A stretch of 64,000 nt of DNA from NCBI RefSeq assembly GCF_009914755.1, contig NC_060947.1; one strand, written 5' to 3'. Below, one piece after another: positions 15,886 through 33,900 of this stretch. The DNA is from the human T2T-CHM13v2.0 reference genome, Homo sapiens. A model generated the notes under the pieces. That model did no database searches. It was not told where the DNA came from and saw only the letters and a program-made list of their open reading frames with translations. Position numbers and translations under genes: made by a program. Positions within the stretch are counted from its first letter, which is position 1, and each line of letters begins with the position of its first letter.

Positions 15886-18490
15886 GCTTTGAATTTTTCT
15901 AATGATCAGTGATATTGAGGTTTTTTTCATACGCTTCTTGGCCACATGTATGTCTTCTTTTGAAAAATGTCCGTTAATGTCCCTTGCCCAGTTTTTAATG
16001 GGGTTGTTTCTTTCTTGTAAGCTGCTGTAAGTTCTTTATATATGGTGGATATTAAAATTTTTCAGCTTCATAGTTTGCAAATATTTTCTCCCATTCTGTG
16101 GGTTGTCGATTAATCTGTTGATAGCTTCTATTGCTGTATAGAAGATCTATAGTTTAATTAGATCAAATTTGCCAATTTTTGCTTTTGTTGTGATTGCTTT
16201 TGGTGTCTTCATTGTGAAATATTTGCCCATTCCTATGTCCAGAATGGAATGCATAGGTCTTTTTTCAGAGTTTTTACAGCTTTGGGTTTTACATTTAAAT
16301 CTTTAATCTATCTTGACTTGGTTTTTGTATATGATACAAGAGAGCAGTCCAGCATCAGTCATCTGCATATGGCTAGCCAGTTATCCCAGCACCATTTATT
16401 TAAAATGGAGTCTTTTCCTCATTGCTTGTTTTTGTCATCTTTGTCGAAGAACAGTTGGTTGTAGGTGTGCAGCACTATTTCTGGTCTCGCTATTCTTTTC
16501 CATTGGTCTATGTGTCTGCTTTTGTACTAGTACCATGCTGTTTTGTATATTGTAGCCGTGTAGTATACTTTGAAGTTGAGTAGTATGATGCCTCCAGTTT
16601 TGTTTTTTTTGCTTAGGATTGCCTTGATTATTCAGGGTTTTTTTTAATATAAATTTTAAAATAGCTTTTTCTAGTTCTTTGAAGAATGTCATTGGTAGTT
16701 TGATAGAAATAGCTTGAATCTGTAAATAGCTTTGGGAAGTATGACCATTTTAATGATATTGATTCTATCTGTAAACATGAAATGTTTTTCTTTTTATTTG
16801 TGTCATCTCTGATTTCTTTGAGCAGTATTTTGTAATTTTTATTGTAAAGATCTTTTATCTCCCTGGTTAGCTGTATTCCTAGGGACTTTATGTTTGTGTA
16901 GCAATTGTGAATAACATTGCATTCCTGATCGGACTCTCAACTTGGCTGCTGTTGGTGTATAGGAATCCTTGTGACTTTTGTACATGATTTTGTATCCTGA
17001 AACTGCTGAAGTTGTTTTTCAGCTTATATGGCTGTTGGGCTGAGACTATGTGGTTTTCTATATATGGAATCATGTCATCTGCAAACAGGGATAGTTTGAT
17101 TTCCTCTCTTCCTATTTGGATGCCCTTTATTTCTTTCTCTTGCCTGATTGCTCTAGCCAGGACTTCCAATACTATGTTAAAGATTATTGATGAGAAAAGG
17201 CATTCCTGTCTTTTGCCAGTTTTCAAGGGGGATGCTTCCAGCTTTTGTCCATTTGGTATCATGTTAGTTGTGGGTTTGTCATAGATGACTCTTTTATTTT
17301 AAGGTATGTTCCTTAAATATCTAGTTCATAAGGAGTTTTTAACAGATAGGGATGTTAAGTTTTATAGAAAGTCTTTTCTGCATCTATTGAGATAATCATG
17401 TGGATTTTGTCTTTATGTTTACATGATTACTGTTACATATACTGATTTTTGTATGTTGAACTGATCTTGCATCTTGAGGATGAAGCCTACTTGATTCTGT
17501 TTGGTTAGCTTTTTGATTTGCTGCTGGATGGGGTTTGCAATTTTTTTTGTTGAGGATTTTTGCATCAATGTTCATCAAAGACATTGCCCTGAAGTTTTCT
17601 TTTTCTACTGTGTCTCTACCAGGTTTTGGTATCAGAATGATGTTGGCCTCATAGAATGAGTTGGGAAAAAGTCCCTCCTCCTAAATTTTGTGGAATAGTT
17701 TTAGTGGGAATGGCACCAGATCTTCTTTGTACATCTGGGAGAATTCAGCTATGAATCCATCTGGTCTTGGATTTGTTTTGGTTGACACTGTATTTATTAC
17801 TGATTCAATTTTGGAGCTCTTTCTTGGTCTGTTCAGGGAATCAATTTTTTCCTGGTTCAGTCTTGGAAGGGTGTTTGTGTCAAGAAATTTACTCATCTCT
17901 TCTAGATTTTATAGTTTGTGTGCATAGAGTTGTTTATAGCAGTTTTCTATAGTTATTTTTTCTCTGCGGTGTCAGTGGTAGCATTCTCTTTTTCATTTCT
18001 AATTATGTTTATTTGAATCTTCTATATTTTTTCTTTATTAGTCTAGCTAATGGTTTATCATTAATTTTGTCAAGAAAACAACTCCTAGATTTGTTTATTT
18101 TTTGAATGGTTTTTGTGTCTTGATTTCTTTCAGTTCAGCTCCGATTTTTATTTTTATTTTTGGTCTTCTGTTAGTTTTGGAGTTGGTTTGCTCTTGCTTC
18201 TCTAATTCTTTCAGTTATGATTTTAGGTTGTTCATTTAGAATCTTTCTATTGTTTTGATGTGGGCATTTAGTGCTATGAATTCCCCTCTTAACACTGCCT
18301 TAGCTGTGTCCAGATATTCCAGTAAGTTGTATCTTTGTTCTTGTTAGTTTCAAAAAACTTCTTGATTTCTGTCTTAATTTCATTATTTACCCAAGGTTTA
18401 TTTGGCAGCATGTTGTTTAATTTCCATGCAATTGCATGGTTTTGAACAATTTTTTTAAGTCTTGACTTCTATTTTTATTGTGCTGTGGTG
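15886..18490 (-). mobile_element. Older L1PA ORF2 (host continuation)
   Basis: Degenerate RT fragments (KLSLFADDM). Confidence 0.9.
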
Positions 18491-18900
18491 CTAAAATGAG
18501 TTCTAAATCTTGAAAAAAATTATTGAAATACATCAAAACAAAACTTCCTTAAAGCCTAAATCTCACAGGACCTATAAAATAGCAACACAATACATTTTTA
18601 AGAAACCAAGGTATTCAGGCAACAAATAGCATGATGAATAAAATGGTAGCTCACATCTCAATACTAACATTGAATGAAAATGGCCTAAATGCTCTACTTG
18701 AAAAATACAGAATGGCAGAATAAATAAGAATTTACCAACCAAGTATCTGCTGTCTTCAAGAGACTCACCTACCACATAAGGACTTACATAAACTTAAGGC
18801 AAAGGAGGAGAAAAAGACATTCCATGCAAATGGAGACCAAAAGTGAGCTGGAGTAGCTATTCTTATATCACACGAAACAAACTTCATAGAAACAGTGGTT

Positions 18901-19031
18901 GGAGATATACCTAATGCTAGATGACACATTAGTGGGTGCAGCACACCAGCATGGCACATGTATACATATGTAACTAACCTGCACAATGTGCACATGTACC
19001 CTAAAACTTAGAGTATAATAAAAAAAAAAAA
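18901..19031 (+). mobile_element. Very short L1HS-Ta insertion nested in L1PB
   Basis: Diagnostic ACA at 18926-18928 and G at 19011 (aaaacttaGagtataat), poly(A). Confidence 0.9.
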
Positions 19032-19959
19032 GACAAAGAGGGGCATTATATAATGATCAAAGTTCTTGTCCAACAGGAAAATATCAGAATTCTAAATATA
19101 TATGCACCTAACACTGGAGCTGTCAAATTTATAAAACAATTACTACTAAACCTAAGAAATGGGATAAACAGCAACACAATAATAGTGGGGGACTTCAATA
19201 CTCCACTGACAGAACTAGACAGGTTATAAAGATAAAATTTAACCAAGAAATAATGGACATAAGCTATAACCTAGAACAAATGGACTTAACAGATGTTTAC
19301 GGAACATCCTACCCAACAACTGCAGAATATACATTCTATTCATCAGTGCGTAGAATACTTTTTAAGACAGACCTTATGATAGATGACTAAACAAGTCTCA
19401 ATAAACTTAAGAAAATTGATATTATATGAAGTACTCTCTCTGACCACAGTGGAATAAAATTCGAAATGAATTCCAAAGGGAACCTTCAAAAGTGTGCAAA
19501 TAAATGGAAATTGAATAATTTACTCCTGAATGATCGTTGAGTCAACAATGAAATCAAGATGGAAATTTAAAAATTATCTAAACTGAACAATAATAGTGAC
19601 ACAATCTATCAAAACCTCTGGGATATGGCAAAGGCAGTGCTAAGAGAAAAGTTCATAGCCTTAGATGCTTACATGAAAAAGTTTGAAAGAACATGATTGA
19701 TGATCTAAGGTCACACCTCAAGCAACTAGAGAAACAAGAACAAACCACACCCAAACCCAGCAGAAGAAAAAACAAAAACAAAAAAAAAAAACAAGATCAG
19801 AACAGAACTAAATGAAATTGAAACAAAAAAAAATCCACAAGACAAATGAAAGAAAACTCTGGTTCTTTGAAAAGATAAATAATATTGATAGACCACTAGC
19901 AAAATTAACCAAGAAAACAACATAGAAGATCCAAATATGCTCCATTAGAAAAGAAATGG

Positions 19960-20250
19960 GGACAAAACGCAGTGGCTCATGCCTGTAATCCCAGCACTTT
20001 GGGATGCCGGGGCAGGCAGATCACGAGGTCAGGAGTTCAAAACCAGTCTGGCCAACATAGTGAAACTTCGTCTCTAATAAAAAATTAGCTGGGCTTGGTG
20101 GCAGGCGCCTGTGATCCCAGCTACTCAGGAGGCTGAGGCAAGAGGTTGCAGTGAGCCGAGATTGCACCACTGCACTCCATCCTGGGTGACAGTGCAAGAC
20201 AAGACTCTGTCTCCAAAAAAAAAAAAAAAAAGAAAAAAAAAGAAAAAGAA
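19960..20250 (+). mobile_element. AluS with right-arm internal deletion
   Basis: ggaggctgaggcaagaggttgcag junction; TSD agaaaa(g/c)aaatggg. Confidence 0.9.
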
Positions 20251-23130
20251 AGAAAACAAATGGGAAATACTAGAACCAACCAACACCACATAAATACAAA
20301 AGATTATTCAAGGTTTCTATGAGCAACTTTACAAGCATAAACTAAAAAACCTAGAGAAGATGGATACATTGCTGTAAATATGCAGCCCTCCTAGCTTAAA
20401 CCAGGAAGAATTAGAAACCTTGAACCTACCAATAACAAGCAGCGAGATTGAAATAGTAATTTTGAGATTTCCAAAAATAAAAAAGTCCAGGACCAGAGAG
20501 ATTCTCAACTGAATTCTATCAACATTCAAAAACGAATTTGTACCAATCTATTTGATACTATTCCACAAGATAGAGAAAGAAGGAATCCTCCCTAAATCAT
20601 TCTATGAATCCAGCATCACACTAATACCAAAACCAGGGAAGAACATAACAAAAAAAAGAAAACTACAGACCAATATCTCTGATAAACAGAGATGCAAAAC
20701 TCCTTAACAAAATAATAGCTAATCTAATCTAACAGCATATCAAAAAGATAGTCCACCATGATCAAGTGTGTGTCATACCAGGGATGCAGGGATGGTTTAA
20801 CATCAGCAAGTCAATAATTGTGATACACCACTTAAACAGAATTAAAAACAAAAATCACATGATTATCTCAACAGATGCAGAAAAAGCACTTGACAATATC
20901 CAGCATCCCTTTATGATTAAAACCCTCAGCAAAATCAGCATAGAAGGACATACCTTAACGTAATAAGAGCCATCTATGATAAACCCACAGCCAACATAAT
21001 ACTGAATGGGAAAAAGCTGAAAGCATTCCCCCTGAGAACTGGAACAAGACAAGGATGCCCACTATAACCACTTTCAATCAGTATAGTACTCGAAGTCTTA
21101 TCCACAGCAATCAAACAAGAGAAAGCAATAAAGCGCATCCAAATCAGTTAAAAACAAACAAAAAACGCCAAACTGTTGCTGTTTGCTGATGATATGATTG
21201 TATACCTAGAAAACCCTAAAGATTCCTTCAAAAAGGTCCTAGAACTGATAAATGAATTCAGCAAAGTTTCAGGATACAAAATTAATGTGCACAATCAGTA
21301 GCTCTACCACACACCAACAGCAACTGAGCTGAGAATCAAATCAAGAACTCAACCCCTTTTACAATAGCTGCAAAAAATCAAATATATACAAACCAAGGAG
21401 GTGAAAGACCTCTACAGGGAAAACTGCAAAACTACTGAAAGAAATCATAGATGAACTAAACAAATGGAAAAACATCCCATGCTCATGGATGGGTAGAATC
21501 AATATTGTGAAAATGACCATACTGCCAAAAGCAATCTAAAAATTCAAGGCAATTCTCATTAAAATACCACCATCATTCTTCACAGAACTAAAAAAAAAAA
21601 AATCCTAAAATTCATATGGAACAAAAATGAGTCCACATAGCCAAAGCAAGACTAAGCAAAAAGAACAAACTTGGAGGCATCCCATTACTCAACTTTTAAC
21701 TATACTATAAGGCCATAGTCACCAAAACAGTGTGGTACTGGTATAAAATTAAGCATGCAGACCAATGGAACAAAATAGAGAATCCGAAAATAAACCCAAA
21801 TACTTAACGCCAATTTATTTTTGACAAAGCAAATAAAAACGTAAACTGAGGAAAACACATCCTATTTAACAAATGTTGCTCGGATAATTGGCAAGTCACA
21901 TGGAGAAAAATGAAACTGGATTCTCATCTCTCAACTTATACAAAAATCAACTCAAGCTGCATCAAAAACTTACATCTAAGACTTGAAATTATAAAAATTT
22001 TACAAGATAACATCATAAAAACTTTTCTAGACATTGGCTTAGGCAAAGACTTCATGGCCAAGAACCTAAAAGCAAATGTAACAAAAACAAAGATAAATAG
22101 ATGTGACTTAAATAAAACGCTCCTGCACAGCTAAAGAAATAATGAGCAGAGTAAACAGACAACCCACAGTGTTGGAGAAAATTGTCACAATCTGTACATC
22201 CTTCAGAGGACTAATATCCAGAATCTACAAGAAGCTCAAGGAAATTAGCAAGATAAAAAAAGAAAAGAGTGACATCAAAAAATAGGCTAAGGACATGAAT
22301 AGACAATTCTTAAAGGAAGATGTACAAATAGCCAACAAGCATGTGAAAAAATGCTCAACATCATTAATGATCAAATAAATGCAAATCAAAACCACAGTGT
22401 GTTACCACCTTACTCCTGCAAGAATGGCCATAATGAAAAAATTAAAAAAAAATAATTATAGATCTTGGCAGGGATGTGGTAAAAAGAGAACACTTTTACA
22501 CTGTTGGTGGGAATGTGAAGTAGTACAACCACTGTGGAAAACAATGTGGAAACATCTTAAGGAACTAAAAGTAGAATTATCATTTGATACATCCATCCCA
22601 CCACTGGGTGTCTACCCAGAGGAAAATAAGTCATTATGCAAAAAAGATACTTGCACACACATGTTTATAGCAGCATAATTTACAGTTGCAAAATTATGAA
22701 ATCAGCCTAAATGTCCATTGATCAATTAGTGGATAAAGAAATTGTGGTATACATATAGAATGGAATACTGTTCAGCCACGAAAAGGAAAAAATTAATGGC
22801 ATTTGCAGCATCCTGAATGAAATTGAAGACCATTGTTTTAAGTGAAGTAACTCAGGAATGGAAAACCAAAAATCCTATGTTCTCACTCATAAGTGGGAGC
22901 TAAGCTATGAGGATGCAAAGGCGTAGGAATGATACAATGGACGTTGGGGCCTTGGGGGAAAGGGTGGGAGGGGGTTGAGGAAGAAAATACTACAAATTTG
23001 GTACAGTGTATACTGCTAGGTTAATGGGTGCACTGAAATCTCAGAAATCACCACTAAAGTAGTTACTCATCTAATCAAATCCCACCTGTTTCCCAAAACC
23101 TATGGAAATAAAAATAAAATAAAATAAATA

Positions 23131-23480
23131 TTCAGCCTAATCGCATTTTTGTAGAGCATCTATGTGTGCTGGGGTTCCACTCCAGCCCCCAGTTGCTTTG
23201 GACTCTCCAAAGCACAACGGCAAAAACAGCCAAGGCAGGCAAAACAGCAAAGATGGTGGCCCACCCCTCCCCTTGGGAGCTGTGTCCCAGGGAGGTTTTA
23301 AACTGTTTTTGGTTGGAAAACACCAGCAGGGTTTACTGGACACCCTGGTTGAGAGATTCCACCCAGTGAAGAGAAATGGGATTCAAGATCCATGTGACTA
23401 AGCAGCCTGATCACTTCTCCTTAGAGCACTAGGCTGTGCTGGGGGAGCTCTCCTGCCTACAGTTGCCTTGGACTCCCTGA
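23131..23480 (-). mobile_element. Older L1PA 5'UTR fragment
   Basis: Antisense 5'UTR motifs gcaaagatggtggcccacccctccccttgggagc. Confidence 0.65.
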
Positions 23481-24043
23481 TCAGTCTTTGTTGTTGTAAG
23501 TATAGAAGAAGAATGACTAGACAGATAGCAAAGTGGATGTATAATACTTTGAGGGGCTTGCTAATCACCAGGATAATCTACTATCTTTTTATTTTATATC
23601 CATTCTATCATTGGATCTTCAAAATTACCTATATATTTTTAATTTTCTTACTGAAGCCTCACTCTTTGTGGTTCTGCAAAACAAACAAAAAAAAGAACTC
23701 TTTATCCTTTCTAAGTGAAAAAGAAATAATAGGAAGTTTCAATGCCTCTTTCCATTTTGTTATTCCTAAAGTAATATGGGAATTTTATGCTTACTCATGG
23801 AAAAGAAAATTATCTGAATTTTTTACCCACTCTTTCCTTTAAAAGTAGTTGCCTACCATGATGTATATTTTTAAAGTACAGGGGAGGCACAAAGAAGAAA
23901 ATGAAAGTGAAGATATAAGTCTAAGAATTTAGAAGACATTTCTCTTGGTTTCCTTAGACCATGTGAAATAGAATCTGTGAATCAGAAAATCTATGACAGA
24001 TGAGAATGTCAGCCTTTTGTAAACTTGATCTTTTAATACTTAA

Positions 24044-24361
<318 letters not shown>

Positions 24362-24526
24362 TACTTATTCTTTGTTTTTAGTAATGCTGTTTTGTTTTGC
24401 TTTTGCTTTTGTTTTTGTTTTTGTTTTACAAGTACAGTGTTTTGGCGTTGATAAAGTTATAAGGCAAAGACATATTTTGGTGTCCAAAATTAATCTTAGT
24501 GGAATAGAGAAGTATCTTTTGATGTG

Positions 24527-24576
24527 ATTTTTTTTATTTTTTTAATTTTACTTTAAGTTCTGGAATACATATGCAG
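24527..24576 (-). mobile_element. Tiny L1PA 3'-end insertion
   Basis: T-tail plus actttaagttctggaatacatatgcag, flanked by tgtga(t/a)tttt. Confidence 0.6.
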
Positions 24577-24872
24577 TGTGAATTTTTAAATAAATGTACA
24601 AGGGAGAAACTATTGTAAGCTATAGCCTACCATTTGGTGACTTATTTCCCAGAATTCTTCTCCATTCTAACTTTGGTAAATTTTGTTTTATATAACTAAT
24701 GGGATTATTCCTTTAGCAAACGCACCCAAAACAGCAGCTGGACACCAAAAGATTAAACTATCTCTGCTTTCAATGACGGATATTACTCCACACTTTATTT
24801 TCAATGATACACTGCACAACCAATAAAATGTATAAATTACCTTATGTTTGATACTGAATTTTTGCCTCTCAG

Positions 24873-24978
24873 GCTTATTGTTATAGTTGATACTACTAAC
24901 CTAAGAGAGAATATTGCTTCTCTTTAGTTAAAGTTCAGCTTGTAAAGAAGAGAAAAATTCAGAGAAAAAAAGAATTTT
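24873..24978 (+). pseudogene. Putative pseudogene exon 3a (LIVIVDTTNLRENIASL*LKFSL*RREKFREKKNF)
   Basis: Strong acceptor tttttgcctctcag, phase 2 in; TTT|GTAAAT donor, phase 0; two stops. Confidence 0.45.
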
Positions 24979-25146
24979 GTAAATTACGCTAAGACAGAAA
25001 TTTTGCCTGGAAAGTTTTAGGACATGCTAACTTAGAGGGATCCACATTTTATTCTTTCCCACCCCCAATACATATGAGACCATGAGTCCTCACATGTATG
25101 AGCAGGCTCAATTAAGTTTAGTTTGGCTAACATTTATACTTCTCAA

Positions 25147-25286
25147 AATGGAGTTAGTCTTATTAACACACAGTACGTAACAATATCCAGAATCTTGGCC
25201 TACACGTATTCTACTCCTGAAAATTCTCACTTCTGTTCACTCTGACTGGGCTGAATACACAGTGAAGCAAGTGCTCAGTATTCCAG
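25147..25286 (+). pseudogene. Putative pseudogene exon 3b (NGVSLINTQYVTISRILAYTYSTPEN/fs/SVHSDWAEYTVKQVLSIP)
   Basis: Strong CAG|GTAAAT donor, phase 1; acceptor degenerate; one frameshift needed; FN3-like C-terminal pattern. Confidence 0.45.
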
Positions 25287-25859
25287 GTAAATGGGAAATG
25301 TGCCAGGTTGCAGATTCTGCCAAGAAGAAGACAGACATAAAGTACACATTCACATTAATCCCAAAAATAGGCTAAAAACCTAAGCCATTAGATCTCTGGA
25401 TCATTCGACTTGTTTACTTGGTCAGAAGCTAAGATTTTGCTTATTGTGTTATTTAGTATTTTGAAGCATTGAGTGGTATTGTTTCATAAGCACTAGGCCC
25501 AAAGTGTTTGGCAACCTTTTTTTATACCTATAATAATAAATGTTCTATGATTTGCACTTAAACCAAAATATGCCAAAATAATTTGTTCATATAAACATGT
25601 AATGTTAGACCTGTATTATGAGCATTTCAGGCCCACGATTTTCACATAGCCTGTTGTGTTTCTTAGCAGCATCTCTTCAAAAAATCTACATATGATGCCT
25701 ACTTCTTACCCAAATGAAAACAAAACAAATAATCAGGGATTAAGGGAGCATAAAATTGAATTGTTCAATAAATTTTGTTTTTATTGTCTTCCTTACGGAC
25801 ATAGATCAACTGCAAATAGCTGCCACAAAGTGGCCTAAGGGATAAACAAAGGATTTGGG

Positions 25860-26040
25860 AAAAACACACGTTTGACTTGGTGACCCTTGGGAAAGTCACT
25901 TAACTAATTTGAGCCTTAATTACATTAACTGCAATATAGAAGAATAAAACTAATTTATAGAGATGTTGGGAGGATTGAATGAAGTAATTTGTAGGAATTT
26001 TGTAGCACAAGATAGATGCTTAATAATTAGTGGTTCTTCA
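25860..26040 (+). mobile_element. MIR SINE
   Basis: gtgacccttgggaaagtcacttaac...gagatgttgggaggattgaatgaagtaat. Confidence 0.65.
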
Positions 26041-26044
26041 AAAA

Positions 26045-26339
26045 CTTGAATGAACCTTAAGGATGCTATTCTAAGTGAAATGAGGCTGTCCCAATAAAAC
26101 AAATACTGAATGATTTCACTTATATGAGTTTCTAAAATAGTCAAATTTATAAAAAGAAGGAGTAGTCATTGCCAGGGTTGAAAGGAAGGGAAAAGGGGAG
26201 TTATTGTTTAATGAATGTGGAGATTCAGTTCTGCAACATAAAAAAGACATAGAAACATATGGCACCACCATGTGAATGTAGTTAACACTTCTTAGCTGTA
26301 AACAAAAAAATATATAGTTAAGATAATAAAATTTAACTT
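26045..26339 (+). mobile_element. L1MB-like 3' end fragment
   Basis: atgaaccttaaggatgctattctaagtgaaatgaggc...gggagttattgtttaatg. Confidence 0.7.
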
Positions 26340-30930
<4,591 letters not shown>

Positions 30931-30934
30931 AATG

Positions 30935-33900
30935 GATTAAGACGGTGGATAGGAGGCTAGACTATCTTGCAGCTCCTGATCGGATGGACACACCAGTGCG
31001 TGGAGACTCACAGAGTGAACTTTTGCTCCAAGAACTACTGCAGAAACGTATCAGAAAGCTGCAAGGATCCACAGACCCTTTGAAAAAACTGTATCACTGC
31101 TGCAGGCTATCTGAGACACTGAAAAACTGTGAGTCTGTTTGCTTTCTCAATGAGGAGGCTCACAGTCTGGGGCAAGTTCTCGGCCCTGGTCACCAGCTGC
31201 CTGGAAATAGACTCGGTGCTGTTGGGGGTGGGGAGTGATGGGAGAGAGATCAGCCTTAAGGGCTGTGGGCTACATAGGAGCAAGGCGAGGCCTCTGACTG
31301 CCGGCTTTCCCCCGCTTTCATGGAGACCAGTATGACTCAGCAGAGACAGCCATAACCCCCCTGAGAATACAAACTCCACTGGGATGGGAACCACACCCCC
31401 ATCCTTCACAGCAACCGCACCCAAGGAGAGGCTCAGCTCAGAAAAGCTTATTCCTGCCCGCACCTGGTGGTCTTTCTCTCCCTGCCCTGGCAGCAAAAGA
31501 CAAAGATCATAATCTCTTGGGAGTTCTATGGCCCTGCCCACCACCTAAGAAACCTGAATACTTAACCAGTTGACCCTAGTGCAAGTTTGCTTCCTACCTA
31601 TAGTACAACAGCTGATGCACTTTTAAAAGTGTCACCTCCTGGCTGAAGGCCAATCAATAAAAAACAAGCCCACTAAACAAGAACACAATCGAGGACCCTC
31701 ACAGAGTCTACTTCACTCCCCTGCTATCTCCATCAGAGCAGGTGCTGGTATACATGTCTGCAAGACCTGAAGACAGATCACATCACAGGACTCTTTGCAG
31801 ACACTCTCCAGTTTCAGCCTAGAGCCTGGTAGCTCCACTGGGTGGCTAGACCCAGAAGAGCAAAAACAATCACTACAGTTTGGCTCTCAGGAATCCCCAT
31901 TCCTAGGGGAATGGGGAGAACACCACATCAAGAGAGCACACAGTAGGACAAAAGAATTAGAACAACAGCACTTAAATCCCAGATCTTCCCTCTGACATAG
32001 CCTCTTCAAATGAGAAGAAACCAGAAAAACAAGTCTGGTAATATGACAAAACTTGGTTCCTTAACACCCTGAAAAGATTATACCAGCTCACCACCAATGG
32101 ACCCAAATCAATACAAAAATCTCTGAATTGCCATAAAAGGAATTAAGAAGGTCAATTATTAAGCTAATTAAGAAGGCACCAGAGAAAGGTGAAGTTGAAT
32201 GTAAAGAAATAAAAAACATGATAAATGATACAAAAGGAAAATTCTTCAAAGAAATAGATAGCATAAATAAAAAACAATCACAACTTCGGGAAATCAAGGA
32301 CACACTTTGATAAATGCAAAATGCACTGGAAACTCTCAGCAATGGAACAAAAAAATTAGAAGAAAGAACTTCAGAGTTTAAGGACAGGCTTTTGAATTAA
32401 TCCAGTCCATCAAAGACAAAGAAAATATAATTAAAATGAAAATAAACATTCTCCAAGAAGTTTGGGACTATATTAAACATCCAAACCTAAGAATAATTGG
32501 TGTTTTTAAGAAAGAAGAGAAATCCAAAAGTTTGGAGAATATATTTGAGGGAATAATTGAGGAAAACTTCCCTAGCCTTGCTATAGGTCTAGACATCAAA
32601 ATACTAGAAGTTGAAATAACACCTGGGAAATTCATTGCAAAAAGATTATTGCCTACGCACATAGTCAACAGGTTATCTAAAGTCAAGATGATGGAAAGAA
32701 TATTAAGAGCTGTGAGACAAAGGCATCTGATAACCTACAAAGGAAAACCTATCAGATTAACAGCAGATTTCTCAGCAGAAACCCTACAAGTTAGAAGGGA
32801 TTGTGCCCTTCTTAAAACAAATACCAGCCAAGAATTTTTTATCCAGCAAAACTAAGTTTCATAAATGCAGGAAAGATACACTCTTTTTAGACAAACAAAT
32901 GCTGAGAGAATTCATCACTACCAAGCCAGCACTACAAGAAATGCTAAAAGGATCTCTAAATCTTGAAACAAATAATAAAAATAAACACAAATAGAATTTA
33001 TTTAAGGCATAAATCTCACAGTAGCTATATAACAATAATACACACACCAAAAAACAGAAAAAAATAATAAAAACAAAAAACAAGGAATTCAGGCAACAAA
33101 TAGCATGATGAATAAAATACTACCTCACATCTCAATACTAACATTGCATGTAAAAAGCCTAAATGCTCCACTTGAAAGTTACAGAATAGCAGAATGCATA
33201 AGTCACAGCCAAGTTTCTGCTGTCTTCAAGAGACTCACCTAACACATAAAGACTCAAACTTAAGGCAAAGGAATGAAAAAAGATATTCCATGCAAATGGA
33301 CAGCAAAAGCAAGCAGGATTAGCTATTTTTACATCAGACAAAACAAGCTTTAAAGAAACAGCAGTTAGAAACACAAGGAGGAAGATTATATAATGATGAA
33401 AGGACTAGGCCAACAGGAAAATATCACAATTTTAAATATATATACACCTATCACAGGAGCTCCAAAAATTAATATGACAATTACTAGTAGACCTAAGAAG
33501 TGAGATAGTGTGCAGCACAATAATAGAGGGGGGGTTTTTAATACTTCACTGACAGCACTAGACAAGTCAATAAGACAGAAATTCAACAAAGAAACAATGA
33601 ATTTAAACTATACCATACAAAAATTGACTTAACAGATATTTACAGAACATTCTACCCGACAACTGCAGAATATGCATTCTATTCAAAGCACATGGAACAT
33701 TCTCCAAGATAGACCATATGATAGACCACAAAACAAGTCTCAGTAAATTTAAGAAAATCAAAATCATATCAAGTACTCTCTCAGACCACAGTGGAATGAA
33801 ATTAGGAATCAACTCCAAAAAGAACCCTCATAGCCATGCCGACATATGGAAATTTTAAAACCTGTGCTTGAATAATTGTTAGGTCAAAAATGAAATTAAG

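Larger units (their letters stand above)
18491..23130 (+). mobile_element. 5'-truncated L1PB (PB1-like)
   Basis: End of ORF1, degenerate ORF2, L1PB-type 3' end cacctgtttcccaaaacctatggaaataaaa plus A tail. Confidence 0.85.
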
